Source: Smithellaceae bacterium (GTDB taxonomy: Bacteria; Desulfobacterota; Syntrophia; Syntrophales; Smithellaceae). From it: a stretch of DNA of 49,422 bases. The notes beneath the pieces are model-generated. The model had not been told where the DNA came from, ran no database searches, and saw only the letters and a list, made by a program, of their open reading frames with translations. Where the stretch lies: NCBI GenBank assembly GCA_050008655.1, contig JBEKMF010000003.1, forward strand, positions 1 to 49,422, in the 5' to 3' direction. The position numbers were made by a program, and so were the translations under genes. Positions 27,487-34,873 of the stretch are shown here, piece after piece. How positions within the stretch are numbered: position 1 is the first letter of the stretch; each line of letters opens with the position of its first letter.

Positions 27487-27923
27487 TGAAAATATGCGAA
27501 CAAATCATGGTTATTGTTCTGGCCGTCATCCTTATTTTAGGTGGCATCTATTTCATTCCCAAATGGCTGACGCCGCAGGCCTCGCACGTATTTTACTGGT
27601 GCCAGGAGAGAAAAGAATTTACAAAAGAAGGGAAATTTAAAGGCAGCAACAATAAACTTGCCTATCCCCGGACCGCCCGCATTTATCCCGCGATCAAAGA
27701 CATGTCTTATATTAAGTATGTCGAATATGACCTTGAACAAAATACCGGATGTTCAATAGCATCTATTCAGAGTTGGCAGAATGTTGATTGCAGAGATTGT
27801 GGAAAAGAGGTCGAAATAAAAAAACTGGAAAATGAGTTAGATAAATCCCAAAAGGAAATCCAGCGGCTTGCCCCGTTAGAGGCGAAGACCTCTAAAGCGG
27901 GATTGGGGAGAGGTGGAAAATAA
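27486..27923 (+). CDS. Hypothetical N-terminally anchored protein
   Basis: TGATG overlap; N-terminal TM; CxxC and coiled coil. Confidence 0.6.
   Translation: MKICEQIMVIVLAVILILGGIYFIPKWLTPQASHVFYWCQERKEFTKEGKFKGSNNKLAYPRTARIYPAIKDMSYIKYVEYDLEQNTGCSIASIQSWQNVDCRDCGKEVEIKKLENELDKSQKEIQRLAPLEAKTSKAGLGRGGK
27871..27901. repeat. REP-like palindrome copy 2 (imperfect)
   Basis: CTTG-CCCCGTTAGAGG-CGAAGA-CCTCTAAAGCGGG. Confidence 0.7.
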
Positions 27924-28009
27924 TGCCGCAGATCGACCAACAAACTCTCAATATCATTTTGGTCGCGCTGTTTTTAATTGCTTTATATTTTTGGTGGAAA
28001 AATGAGTGA
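27923..28009 (+). CDS. Tiny single-TM peptide (28 aa)
   Basis: TAATG overlap, RBS gaggtgg; MPQIDQQTLNIILVALFLIALYFWWKNE. Confidence 0.5.
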   Translation: MPQIDQQTLNIILVALFLIALYFWWKNE

Positions 28010-28010
28010 T

Positions 28011-28090
28011 CCCCGTTAGAAATTTCCGGAGAATCGACGGGGGAGATAAGCACTAGAGGGGGGAATGATTTACGATGATTTCTAACGGGG
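28011..28090. repeat. REP-like inverted repeat copy 3 with long spacer
   Basis: CCCCGTTAGAAAT ... ATTTCTAACGGGG-TGAA. Confidence 0.85.
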
Positions 28091-28872
28091 TGAATGAAAA
28101 ACGAAAAACAGGAACACGTGAATGGGCAGAAGTCAGCAAAAACCTCTTCGTCGGTTGTAAACATGATTGCCGGTATTGCTATGCCCGCGAGCACGCCCTG
28201 CGCGTGGGCTTAATCAAATCAGCCGAGGAATGGGTGGTGATGAAGAGAAATAAATCTTTGATCATCGCCGCGCCAAAATACCTCTCCGGCCGGATCATGT
28301 TTCCGACCACGCACGATATTTTTCCGGAGCACATTGATACTACTATTGCCGCACTTCATCAATGGCTTATAGCCGGCAATAATGTCCTGATTGTCACGAA
28401 GCCGCATCTGGATGTGATTCGGGAACTTTGCGCTTCATTATCAGATTTCAAAGAGCAGATCGTTTTCCGCTTCACCATTGGGTCCGCGGAAAATCAAAGT
28501 CTTGCCTTTTGGGAGCCGGGAGCACCGACCTTTGAAGAACGCCATGCGGCATTGGCTTTTGCCTTCCATACAGGCTTTCAGACATCGGTTTCCTGCGAGC
28601 CATATCTCGATCATACCATCGAAGATCTCGTCAGTTGCCTTTCCCCGCTGGTCACCGATACGATTTGGATCGGTATAATGAATGACATCGTGAAAAGAGT
28701 TGATAGCGCACGGCTTACAGGGGGTGGCATAGATTTTCTCAACAATGTTTTATGTTTTTCATCGTGGCACCATGTCGAGTACCTTTATAATAGATTGAAA
28801 AAAAATCCCAAAATCCGTTGGAAAGACAGCATCAAAAAGATTCTGGGGTTACCGGAGGAAGAAGTCGGATGA
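28075..28872 (+). CDS. Radical SAM protein (SPL-like / phage Gp37-Gp68-like)
   Basis: GCKHDCRYCYA CxxxCxxC motif; IVTKP, WEPGAP, VSCEP. Confidence 0.85.
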   Translation: MISNGVNEKRKTGTREWAEVSKNLFVGCKHDCRYCYAREHALRVGLIKSAEEWVVMKRNKSLIIAAPKYLSGRIMFPTTHDIFPEHIDTTIAALHQWLIAGNNVLIVTKPHLDVIRELCASLSDFKEQIVFRFTIGSAENQSLAFWEPGAPTFEERHAALAFAFHTGFQTSVSCEPYLDHTIEDLVSCLSPLVTDTIWIGIMNDIVKRVDSARLTGGGIDFLNNVLCFSSWHHVEYLYNRLKKNPKIRWKDSIKKILGLPEEEVG

Positions 28873-29384
28873 CCTTCAACTGTCCCTACTGTAAAAAGGA
28901 GTTGGATTTTATGGAAATGCACTTTGAAGCGGATCTGCAGGCGATCATTGATATGCTGCCGGCATTCGGGACTCGATATTCGCAGTACGTCATGGGCTAC
29001 TGTTATCTTTTCGGCGTGACACCCTTCCGTCTGAAAGCTAAAAAAATGCGGTTGTTATTGGAAGAATTGAAACGGCTCTTCGATACGCAGTCATTTTCCT
29101 ATCAGAAAAAAACCTATCCGATCAGCCATGCAGGAATTGCCGAGGCGCTCGATATCTGCATCAAAAAAAACTTCGAGACTCCGCTCGAAAATCACAACTA
29201 TCTTAAAAAAATCATGATCGGGATCTCCGAACGCGAGAGCAAAGACAAATCCCGCAGTGATGAAAAGGTGCCGAGGGATAAGGAGCAAAAACTTCAGGAC
29301 GCAGTGCGGCCGTCTCCGGAGAAGGCACAGGAAAATTTGAAAAAGATTCATGACCTGATTGATGGTGTGGGTAAAAAGAAATGA
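28869..29384 (+). CDS. Conserved Mu-like hypothetical protein with N-terminal CxxC
   Basis: ATGA overlap; MTFNCPYC; YLF; PLENHNYLKKI. Confidence 0.7.
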   Translation: MTFNCPYCKKELDFMEMHFEADLQAIIDMLPAFGTRYSQYVMGYCYLFGVTPFRLKAKKMRLLLEELKRLFDTQSFSYQKKTYPISHAGIAEALDICIKKNFETPLENHNYLKKIMIGISERESKDKSRSDEKVPRDKEQKLQDAVRPSPEKAQENLKKIHDLIDGVGKKK

Positions 29385-29578
29385 CAGTGATCCCCTGCCC
29401 TATTTGCGGGAAGCGGTTATTCGATTTTAGCGGGCATTCCTGCGCTCCGGATTTTGAGGTGCGTATAAAATGCCGGAACACTAAATCTTGTGGAGTCGTA
29501 AAAATTAATGCCCAATATATAGGGAAAATATTGGGGAAAGCGTCCCTATCGCCTGGCGGCGATCACCCATGCGGGTGA
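29381..29578 (+). CDS. com: Com-family (possibly Ogr-like) zinc-ribbon regulator
   Basis: IPCPICGKRLFD...VRIKCRNTKSC; last gene of the early/middle operon. Confidence 0.7.
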   Translation: MTVIPCPICGKRLFDFSGHSCAPDFEVRIKCRNTKSCGVVKINAQYIGKILGKASLSPGGDHPCG

Positions 29579-29650
29579 CTAAAAAGAGAGGGATCAATTC
29601 CGCTGGCGCTTCGAGCTTCACCAGGGTTCGCTCTTAGCGAGTGTCATTGA
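29543..29650 (+). ncRNA. Structured repeat motif, copy A
   Basis: TCCCT..AGGGA-TCAAT-TC-cgct..agcg..TC-ATTGA. Confidence 0.65.
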
Positions 29651-29658
29651 AAATACGG

Positions 29659-29687
29659 TTGCAGTCGCAACTGGAAATTGATATAAA
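29659..29687 (+). promoter_or_regulatory. Sigma-70 promoter of a moron-like lipoprotein gene
   Basis: TTGCAG-17 nt-TATAAA with extended -10 TG. Confidence 0.6.
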
Positions 29688-29721
29688 ACAAAGGCTTTTT
29701 TAAGAGAGGTAGGTATTCATT

Positions 29722-30300
29722 ATGAAACAAAAACGCTTTTATTTATCGTGGTTGCTTATTATCACAATGTTATTTTTAATTTCCGCTTGCAGCAAGGGCG
29801 ATCCCACTGATTCCAGCACAACTCCGCCCGTTTTAGGCACTGATGTCAAAGCCTGGACGATCAAGGGTGACATGGCCTGGGAACTTGCCAATCAGTGGGC
29901 CGGTTCGGAAAACGACGGCGTGAAGGGGGCAAAAATAAAGCTCTTCCTGGATAATCCCGATGCCCGGCTGCTGTGGCCGAACAAAGCCGTTTTATTCCTC
30001 GGCGCGAGCGATCTGACGGGCGCCGCGGATCAGGATTTGACCCAGATAATAATCGATTGGGCTACAGTGTTTTGGTCGATCAAAGGCGAGACTTTCGGTG
30101 TCAGCATTCCTTTGAACACCCCGGGCAAAGATCAGGCGAAAATCGCCGAACTCAATGCCGCCATTAAGAGCATCTGCGGGACAGAGCATTATGTGGATAC
30201 CTCGGCAATGACCCTGACCTTTGATGTTGACGGACATCTTGATGCCGCCTCGAATGCACAGATTCAGGCAAAGATATTACTCATGGCCGCGGCGATATAG
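29722..30300 (+). CDS. Lipoprotein with degenerate SGNH/GDSL-like fold (moron)
   Basis: Lipobox LISAC; IKGDM, LFLGASDL, DVDGHL resemble SGNH blocks I, III and V. Confidence 0.65.
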   Translation: MKQKRFYLSWLLIITMLFLISACSKGDPTDSSTTPPVLGTDVKAWTIKGDMAWELANQWAGSENDGVKGAKIKLFLDNPDARLLWPNKAVLFLGASDLTGAADQDLTQIIIDWATVFWSIKGETFGVSIPLNTPGKDQAKIAELNAAIKSICGTEHYVDTSAMTLTFDVDGHLDAASNAQIQAKILLMAAAI

Positions 30301-30381
30301 TCCCTATTGCCTGAAGGCGAAGGGATCAATTCAGCTATCACATTTCAGCGCGATTCACTTCTGAAATGTAAGTTTCATTGA
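30301..30381 (+). ncRNA. Structured repeat motif, copy B
   Basis: TCCCT-attgcc tgaa ggcga-AGGGA-TCAAT-TC-agct..acatttcag/ctgaaatgt..agtt-TC-ATTGA-GG, ATG at 30393. Confidence 0.75.
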
Positions 30382-30392
30382 GGATAAATATT

Positions 30393-30779
30393 ATGAAGAA
30401 AAAAGCAATTAAAAAACTTTCACCTCGAGTAAAGAAATTAAAACCAAGAACGCGGCGGCGGGTATTTTTAGTAGATCGATCGGGCAAAAAAACCCATCAC
30501 GGAACACTCTCGACGGATCCGCCAAATTTATTATCAGAACCATTATCAAAGGAATTGATCGAGAAAATAGGAACAATGCCGCTGCCAGTATCGGAAGGAT
30601 TGAAATATATCCGGGTTGACGAATCTCAGTTCAGTGCCGGCGCGACTAAAAAATATTATTTAGTATTTCAATTTTCCAACTTTGGCTTTGCCCTGAATTT
30701 CAAAAAAGGCGACTCACCGCAGTTGGCAATCAGGAAATTGCAGGAACTGATAGAATATTTTAAAAGTAAGGCAGGATGA
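30393..30779 (+). CDS. Basic hypothetical protein
   Basis: RBS gagg overlaps motif B; Lys/Arg-rich N-terminus. Confidence 0.6.
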   Translation: MKKKAIKKLSPRVKKLKPRTRRRVFLVDRSGKKTHHGTLSTDPPNLLSEPLSKELIEKIGTMPLPVSEGLKYIRVDESQFSAGATKKYYLVFQFSNFGFALNFKKGDSPQLAIRKLQELIEYFKSKAG

Positions 30780-30787
30780 AATAATTC

Positions 30788-30815
30788 TTGCAATTGTAAA
30801 AAATAGAGGTAAAAT
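30788..30815 (+). promoter_or_regulatory. Putative late-operon promoter
   Basis: TTGCAA-16 nt-TAAAAT upstream of a roughly 130-nt leader. Confidence 0.55.
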
Positions 30816-30835
30816 CGCAGTCAATTAAGATTATT

Positions 30836-30851
30836 GAATGCCGAGAGTCCC
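30836..30851 (+). promoter_or_regulatory. Com-target-like sequence in the late leader
   Basis: GAATGCC-GA-GAGTCCC resembles the Mu Com RNA target as I recall it (GAAUGCC-UGC-GAGCAUCCC). Confidence 0.5.
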
Positions 30852-30899
30852 CAGGGAGGGATCAGTCAGTAAATCTGGCCGGCATGTATCAGGCCCAGG

Positions 30900-30940
30900 G
30901 AGGCCATCGATCTTCGGATCGGTGGCCTCTTTTTTATTTT
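30900..30940 (+). terminator. Intrinsic terminator (attenuator) ahead of the lysis/structural operon
   Basis: 13-bp stem GAGGCCATCGATC-TTCG-GATCGGTGGCCTC followed by TTTTTTATTTT; RBS aaggagg directly after. Confidence 0.88.
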
Positions 30941-30954
30941 AAGGAGGTAACATT

Positions 30955-31092
30955 ATGTTCGAAAATTTAGCTTTGGTCGCATTGGGAATTGTACTTTGCA
31001 TCGCGGCACAGTGGGCATGGAAGAAATACGGTATTCAGTTACTCGGGAAATTGTTTCCAAAGAAGGCCGATCCCGCTCAGCCGAAGGTGTAG
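30955..31092 (+). CDS. Small single-TM protein (45 aa), first late gene, not in ORF track
   Basis: RBS aaggaggt; MFENLALVALGIVLCIAAQWAWKKYGIQLLGKLFPKKADPAQPKV. Confidence 0.7.
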   Translation: MFENLALVALGIVLCIAAQWAWKKYGIQLLGKLFPKKADPAQPKV

Positions 31093-31186
31093 CTTCATTG
31101 ATAAATCTCTTCTCCTTCTTTGTGTTGGCTCCGGCCGGAGTGGACGGGCAGCCCCCGGCCGGAGTAAAAAATGAGGTTAGAAAAGA

Positions 31187-31627
31187 ATGCGCAGCAGTTT
31201 CGATAAAGCTTTTGAATTGACCATCGGCTTGGAGGGAAAGCCCTCCAATGATCCCCGGGATCCCGGAGGATTCACGATCTGGGGATTGGCTAAAAAATAT
31301 CATCCGGAAATCAATTTTTATACGTCGATTGAATATGCCAAAGAAGTTTATCTGAATCAATATTGGATTCCTGCCGGATGCGATAATGCTTCCTTCCCGA
31401 TGGATATATGTCTTTTTGATTCGCAAGTAAATCCACAAAACGATCCGAGACTCCCCGGCGGCGGCAATCAGGAAATATTAAATCAGGGCCCGGAAAACTG
31501 GGAAGAATACATGATGTTACGGATGGTCAGGTATATGCACGTTTCCAAACCGGATTATGTCAAAGGTCATATTTTTAGAGTGCTACGCCTCTATGAACAA
31601 ATCAAAAAATTAAAAGGAGCAAACTGA
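31187..31627 (+). CDS. Glycoside hydrolase family 108 endolysin
   Basis: [40 protein letters not shown]. Confidence 0.8.
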   Translation: MRSSFDKAFELTIGLEGKPSNDPRDPGGFTIWGLAKKYHPEINFYTSIEYAKEVYLNQYWIPAGCDNASFPMDICLFDSQVNPQNDPRLPGGGNQEILNQGPENWEEYMMLRMVRYMHVSKPDYVKGHIFRVLRLYEQIKKLKGAN

Positions 31628-31629
31628 CG

Positions 31630-31827
31630 ATGAATGGAAAAGTAAAATGGTTCAATGAAAAGAAGGGTTTTGGATTTATCGAAGCCGACGACGGCAAGGA
31701 TGTGTTCGTCCATTACAGTGCGATTCAAAGTTCCGGATTCAAGACACTAACCGAAGGGCAAAGAGTTACATTCGATGTCGAGACCAACAGCAAGGGCCCG
31801 GCTGCAGTGAATGTAAGACCGGAGTGA
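31630..31827 (+). CDS. cspA: Cold-shock domain protein (CspA family)
   Basis: [15 protein letters not shown] (RNP1), DVFVHYSAI (RNP2), KGPAAVNV; RBS aaggag. Confidence 0.96.
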   Translation: MNGKVKWFNEKKGFGFIEADDGKDVFVHYSAIQSSGFKTLTEGQRVTFDVETNSKGPAAVNVRPE

Positions 31828-31837
31828 AGGAGGAATA

Positions 31838-32197
31838 TTGATAAAAATAATACACATCATGGTTGCATTTAGAGACTTTTGTCTGGCCTATATTAAATGC
31901 ATCTGGCGACTGCACAGGAGCGAAACCATAAAATATTTTATCCGTTTCGGACTTGTGATTATGGTCGTCGTTCCCATCCTCAAATATTTTCGCGGCCCTG
32001 ATTCCATTCCGATCATTTTTTATAAAATTGCCAATGTTTTTATAGGCGTCGCGGTCGCCGAGTTGATCTGGGCGGTATTTTTCAAACCTTATTTCGGCAT
32101 AGCGGAGGCTACATCCGATGATTGGAAGAACAGTTGCATGGTTTTTCGCGGCCTGCTTTACGCTGGCTGCATTATTGGTTTCTGCCTCGGCCTCTAG
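31838..32197 (+). CDS. Putative holin (about 3 TM)
   Basis: RBS aaggagg, TTG start; three hydrophobic segments; directly upstream of a lytic transglycosylase. Confidence 0.6.
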   Translation: MIKIIHIMVAFRDFCLAYIKCIWRLHRSETIKYFIRFGLVIMVVVPILKYFRGPDSIPIIFYKIANVFIGVAVAELIWAVFFKPYFGIAEATSDDWKNSCMVFRGLLYAGCIIGFCLGL

Positions 32198-32783
32198 TGC
32201 ATCAGGCAGCATCAATTACTGCCTGAAGTATTGGCCGACGGTTATCCGCGAAGCTCGTTATCACATCGGGATGGATGCCCCTGCGCATGATTTCATGGGG
32301 CAGATCGAAATCGAAAGCAATTGTAACCCCAAAGCCATAGGCCCTACCGGTGATATTGGGTTGGGACAGTTTAATTGGGATACTGCCTCCTGGCTTCAAA
32401 AAAAAGAAAAAGCACTCCGGGAAATTGCAGTAAAGGCGCGGCCTCTCAATCCGGCATGGTCGATCCGGGCGGTCGTTCTTTTTGACCGCTGGCTCTATGA
32501 AAATGTGGATTGCCGGGATTGGCATTATGCTTTCCGGGCTTATAACGGGGGCCTCACCCTGATGAATAAGGAAATTGCCAGAGCCGGAACCTGTTTCCAT
32601 AAGGCAGTAGAGAAAAAATGCCGCCGGAATATTATCGAGACGGCAAAAGGCAACCTGAATTTGTGTCAGATTAATATCTATTATCCCTACCGTGTGCGTG
32701 CGGCCGGGAAAAAATATCAGGCAATATCAGTACCGGATCCGAGTTATGAAAATATAGAGATCACAAGAAAGAGCAGGTCTTAA
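32118..32783 (+). CDS. Lytic transglycosylase (SLT) endolysin with signal/SAR sequence
   Basis: QIEIESNCNPKA, GLGQF, AYNGG motifs. Confidence 0.88.
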   Translation: MIGRTVAWFFAACFTLAALLVSASASSASGSINYCLKYWPTVIREARYHIGMDAPAHDFMGQIEIESNCNPKAIGPTGDIGLGQFNWDTASWLQKKEKALREIAVKARPLNPAWSIRAVVLFDRWLYENVDCRDWHYAFRAYNGGLTLMNKEIARAGTCFHKAVEKKCRRNIIETAKGNLNLCQINIYYPYRVRAAGKKYQAISVPDPSYENIEITRKSRS

Positions 32784-32932
32784 TGGGTAAGTTAAAAATC
32801 ACGCGAAAGAAAAAAATCATCATAGGAATTGTCGCCATCCTAACAGTAGTCGCCGGCGCCTGGGGTTTATTTAAGATACGTGCGGCGAGAAAAAAACATA
32901 ATAAACTGCCGGGAGATATCCCTGTCAGGTAA
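32783..32932 (+). CDS. Small single-TM basic protein (49 aa), possible spanin remnant or lysis accessory
   Basis: TAATG overlap; MGKLKITRKKKIIIGIVAILTVVAGAWGLFKIRAARKK. Confidence 0.55.
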   Translation: MGKLKITRKKKIIIGIVAILTVVAGAWGLFKIRAARKKHNKLPGDIPVR

Positions 32933-32933
32933 T

Positions 32934-33016
32934 TCCCGTTAGAAATCTCCGGAAACATGAAAAACGGAGCATTTTGGCGGGATAAGCAACACCATACATG
33001 AGGATTTCTAACGGGA
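32934..33016. repeat. REP-like inverted repeat copy 4 with long spacer
   Basis: TCCCGTTAGAAATC ... GATTTCTAACGGGA. Confidence 0.85.
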
Positions 33017-33034
33017 TAAAGAGGAGGGAATAAT

Positions 33035-33583
33035 ATGGACTGGGGGAAAGCATTCGATTTGATTAAAGTAGCCGCGCCTATGGTGGGATCGCTGTTTGGT
33101 CCGGCCGGAACGGCAGTTGGGGCAACCGTCGATGCAGGCATAAACCTTATTTCTTCCGTGCTGGGAGTTGAACCGAGCAAAGAAGCCATTGCCCAGGCGG
33201 TCGTAACCGATCCCAATGCCATTGAAAAAATCAAAGAACTGGAGATCAACGCTAAAGTTGAATTGCAAAAATTGGCAGTGCAGAAATTGGGCATGGAATT
33301 GGCCGATACTCAAAATGCCCGCGACCGGGACGAAAAAATCACCGAGATAACGGGGAAAAGAGACAAGGAAGATAAGGCTTTTGATTGGATCATTATCGTC
33401 GCCTTTTTTCTTTGTTTGATGGGTTTACTTTATTTTAAGCCAGTCGAGAGCACTTACATAGGCATGATGATTGGTGCAATAGTCGCCGCCTTTATGAGTG
33501 TGGTCAATTTCAGAAAAGGAACGACTGCAAGCAGTCAAGCAAAAACGGCAATGCTTTATAATTCGACGCCAATAAAGGAATAA
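33035..33583 (+). CDS. Holin-like membrane protein (GTA 3TM-holin-like)
   Basis: AAPMVGSLFGPAG, ELADTQNARDR, two C-terminal TMs, GTTASSQAK. Confidence 0.65.
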   Translation: MDWGKAFDLIKVAAPMVGSLFGPAGTAVGATVDAGINLISSVLGVEPSKEAIAQAVVTDPNAIEKIKELEINAKVELQKLAVQKLGMELADTQNARDRDEKITEITGKRDKEDKAFDWIIIVAFFLCLMGLLYFKPVESTYIGMMIGAIVAAFMSVVNFRKGTTASSQAKTAMLYNSTPIKE

Positions 33584-33591
33584 TATCTCCG

Positions 33592-33834
33592 GTGGATACA
33601 GCGGATTTTGCGCAAAAAAATAATGAGATTTATCTGGATGCAGCGTTGAAAACGCAGTTGGCGAAGAGACCGGCAGATGTGGAAGCCGGCGAAATAGAGC
33701 CAGGTATCTGCATCGATTGTGAAGGGCTCATATCGCGGGCGCGCATGGCGGCAAATCCACAAGCCGTGAGATGCATCGATTGTCAGACAAAACAAGAACG
33801 GAGAGAAAAAAATGGACACATTCACTCTTCCTAA
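33592..33834 (+). CDS. TraR/DksA C4-type zinc finger protein
   Basis: MDTADFAQ; CIDCEGLISRARMAANPQAVRCIDCQ. Confidence 0.9.
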   Translation: MDTADFAQKNNEIYLDAALKTQLAKRPADVEAGEIEPGICIDCEGLISRARMAANPQAVRCIDCQTKQERREKNGHIHSS

Positions 33835-34162
33835 TATTCTGAAAATACTTGGTGACTTTGGAGCTCTCGGTTTGGTGATCTTTCTCTGGTGGAAGGATAA
33901 CCGGACGATCATGAATATTTTGGAACAATACAAAAAAGACATGACCGAACAGCGCAAAATGTATGAAACCAATGTGTCTCTTTGCAAAGATTTTGCCAGT
34001 ATCGCCAATGATTTAAGGGATATTGTCACTCTGAATATTCAAGCAATGACGGAAGCAAAAGATGCCATCAATCAAAATCAGTTTTGTCCGCTGGTGCGTG
34101 TGGATCAGCAAAAAGTCGTGCGCCTGGCTAAAAGACTGCAGAAGGAGAGGGTCGAGGGATGA
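33812..34162 (+). CDS. Mu gp25-like membrane / coiled-coil protein
   Basis: N-terminal TM plus coiled coil; located before the packaging genes. Confidence 0.55.
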   Translation: MDTFTLPNILKILGDFGALGLVIFLWWKDNRTIMNILEQYKKDMTEQRKMYETNVSLCKDFASIANDLRDIVTLNIQAMTEAKDAINQNQFCPLVRVDQQKVVRLAKRLQKERVEG

Positions 34163-34410
34163 CTGAATATCTGAAATTTTTAGGGCGCAGGCAGGAATTG
34201 AATCTGGAAAAAAGGAAAACGGAAATCCACATCCAGGGTTTGATTAAAAATCTGCGTGACGCCCTTGATCCGCTTATTTCCATAGTGGAATTGAAAACGG
34301 ATGCCATCGCGGAGTGGGCAATCGAACTCACCGTGGCCAGAGACAGATATATGGAAATTCTCGATGGCCTGAAACAGATCGAGGGCATCCTGGGGAAAAA
34401 CTGTGGCTAA
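34159..34410 (+). CDS. Hypothetical phage protein
   Basis: ATGA overlap; operonic. Confidence 0.6.
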   Translation: MTEYLKFLGRRQELNLEKRKTEIHIQGLIKNLRDALDPLISIVELKTDAIAEWAIELTVARDRYMEILDGLKQIEGILGKNCG

Positions 34411-34873
34411 AGAAATCGACTGGGAGATCCGCGAGAGGGCGGAAGAATTATATGTCGTTGACGGACTGACCTTTGAAGAGACAGCGGCCCAGACGAAGGT
34501 TTCCGTAAACCAGCTCAAGAACTGGTCGGCTGCCGAGGGATGGCGAGAAAAAAGGGAGGAATACCGCAAAGCCAAAAAAGATATCCGCTCCACGTTAATG
34601 CTTCTGCGCCAAAAACTCGCTACCGAGGCGGCTAAAGATGCCGATCCGCAGAAAATTTTTGCTTTTATCCGCCTCGAGGCAATCGCGGAGAAAAGAGAAA
34701 GAAGGCCGGAAGGCGCTGCAATGAAGATCGACCGCCCGGCCCTGTTCATGGAAGCAATTGAATTTATAGCGGCTTTTTTAAAAGATAACGACCCGGCGGG
34801 TCTGAAGATATTGGGCAATAATTTTGATAAACTCATCGAAACATTTAAGGCGAAATATGCGCAAACGACCTGA
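34403..34873 (+). CDS. Terminase small subunit (DUF1804 / Mu gp27-like)
   Basis: RERAEELYVVDGLTFEETAAQTKVSVNQLKNW...W HTH directly upstream of the large subunit. Confidence 0.75.
   Translation: MAKEIDWEIRERAEELYVVDGLTFEETAAQTKVSVNQLKNWSAAEGWREKREEYRKAKKDIRSTLMLLRQKLATEAAKDADPQKIFAFIRLEAIAEKRERRPEGAAMKIDRPALFMEAIEFIAAFLKDNDPAGLKILGNNFDKLIETFKAKYAQTT

Noticed and set aside
29543-30381. Integron attC cassette array
   Set aside because: No RYYYAAC/GTTRRRY boxes and no integrase; other copies of the motif sit between core virion genes
30989-31220. ORF-track calls 30989-31174 and 30996-31220
   Set aside because: The strong RBS points to ATG 30955 in another frame
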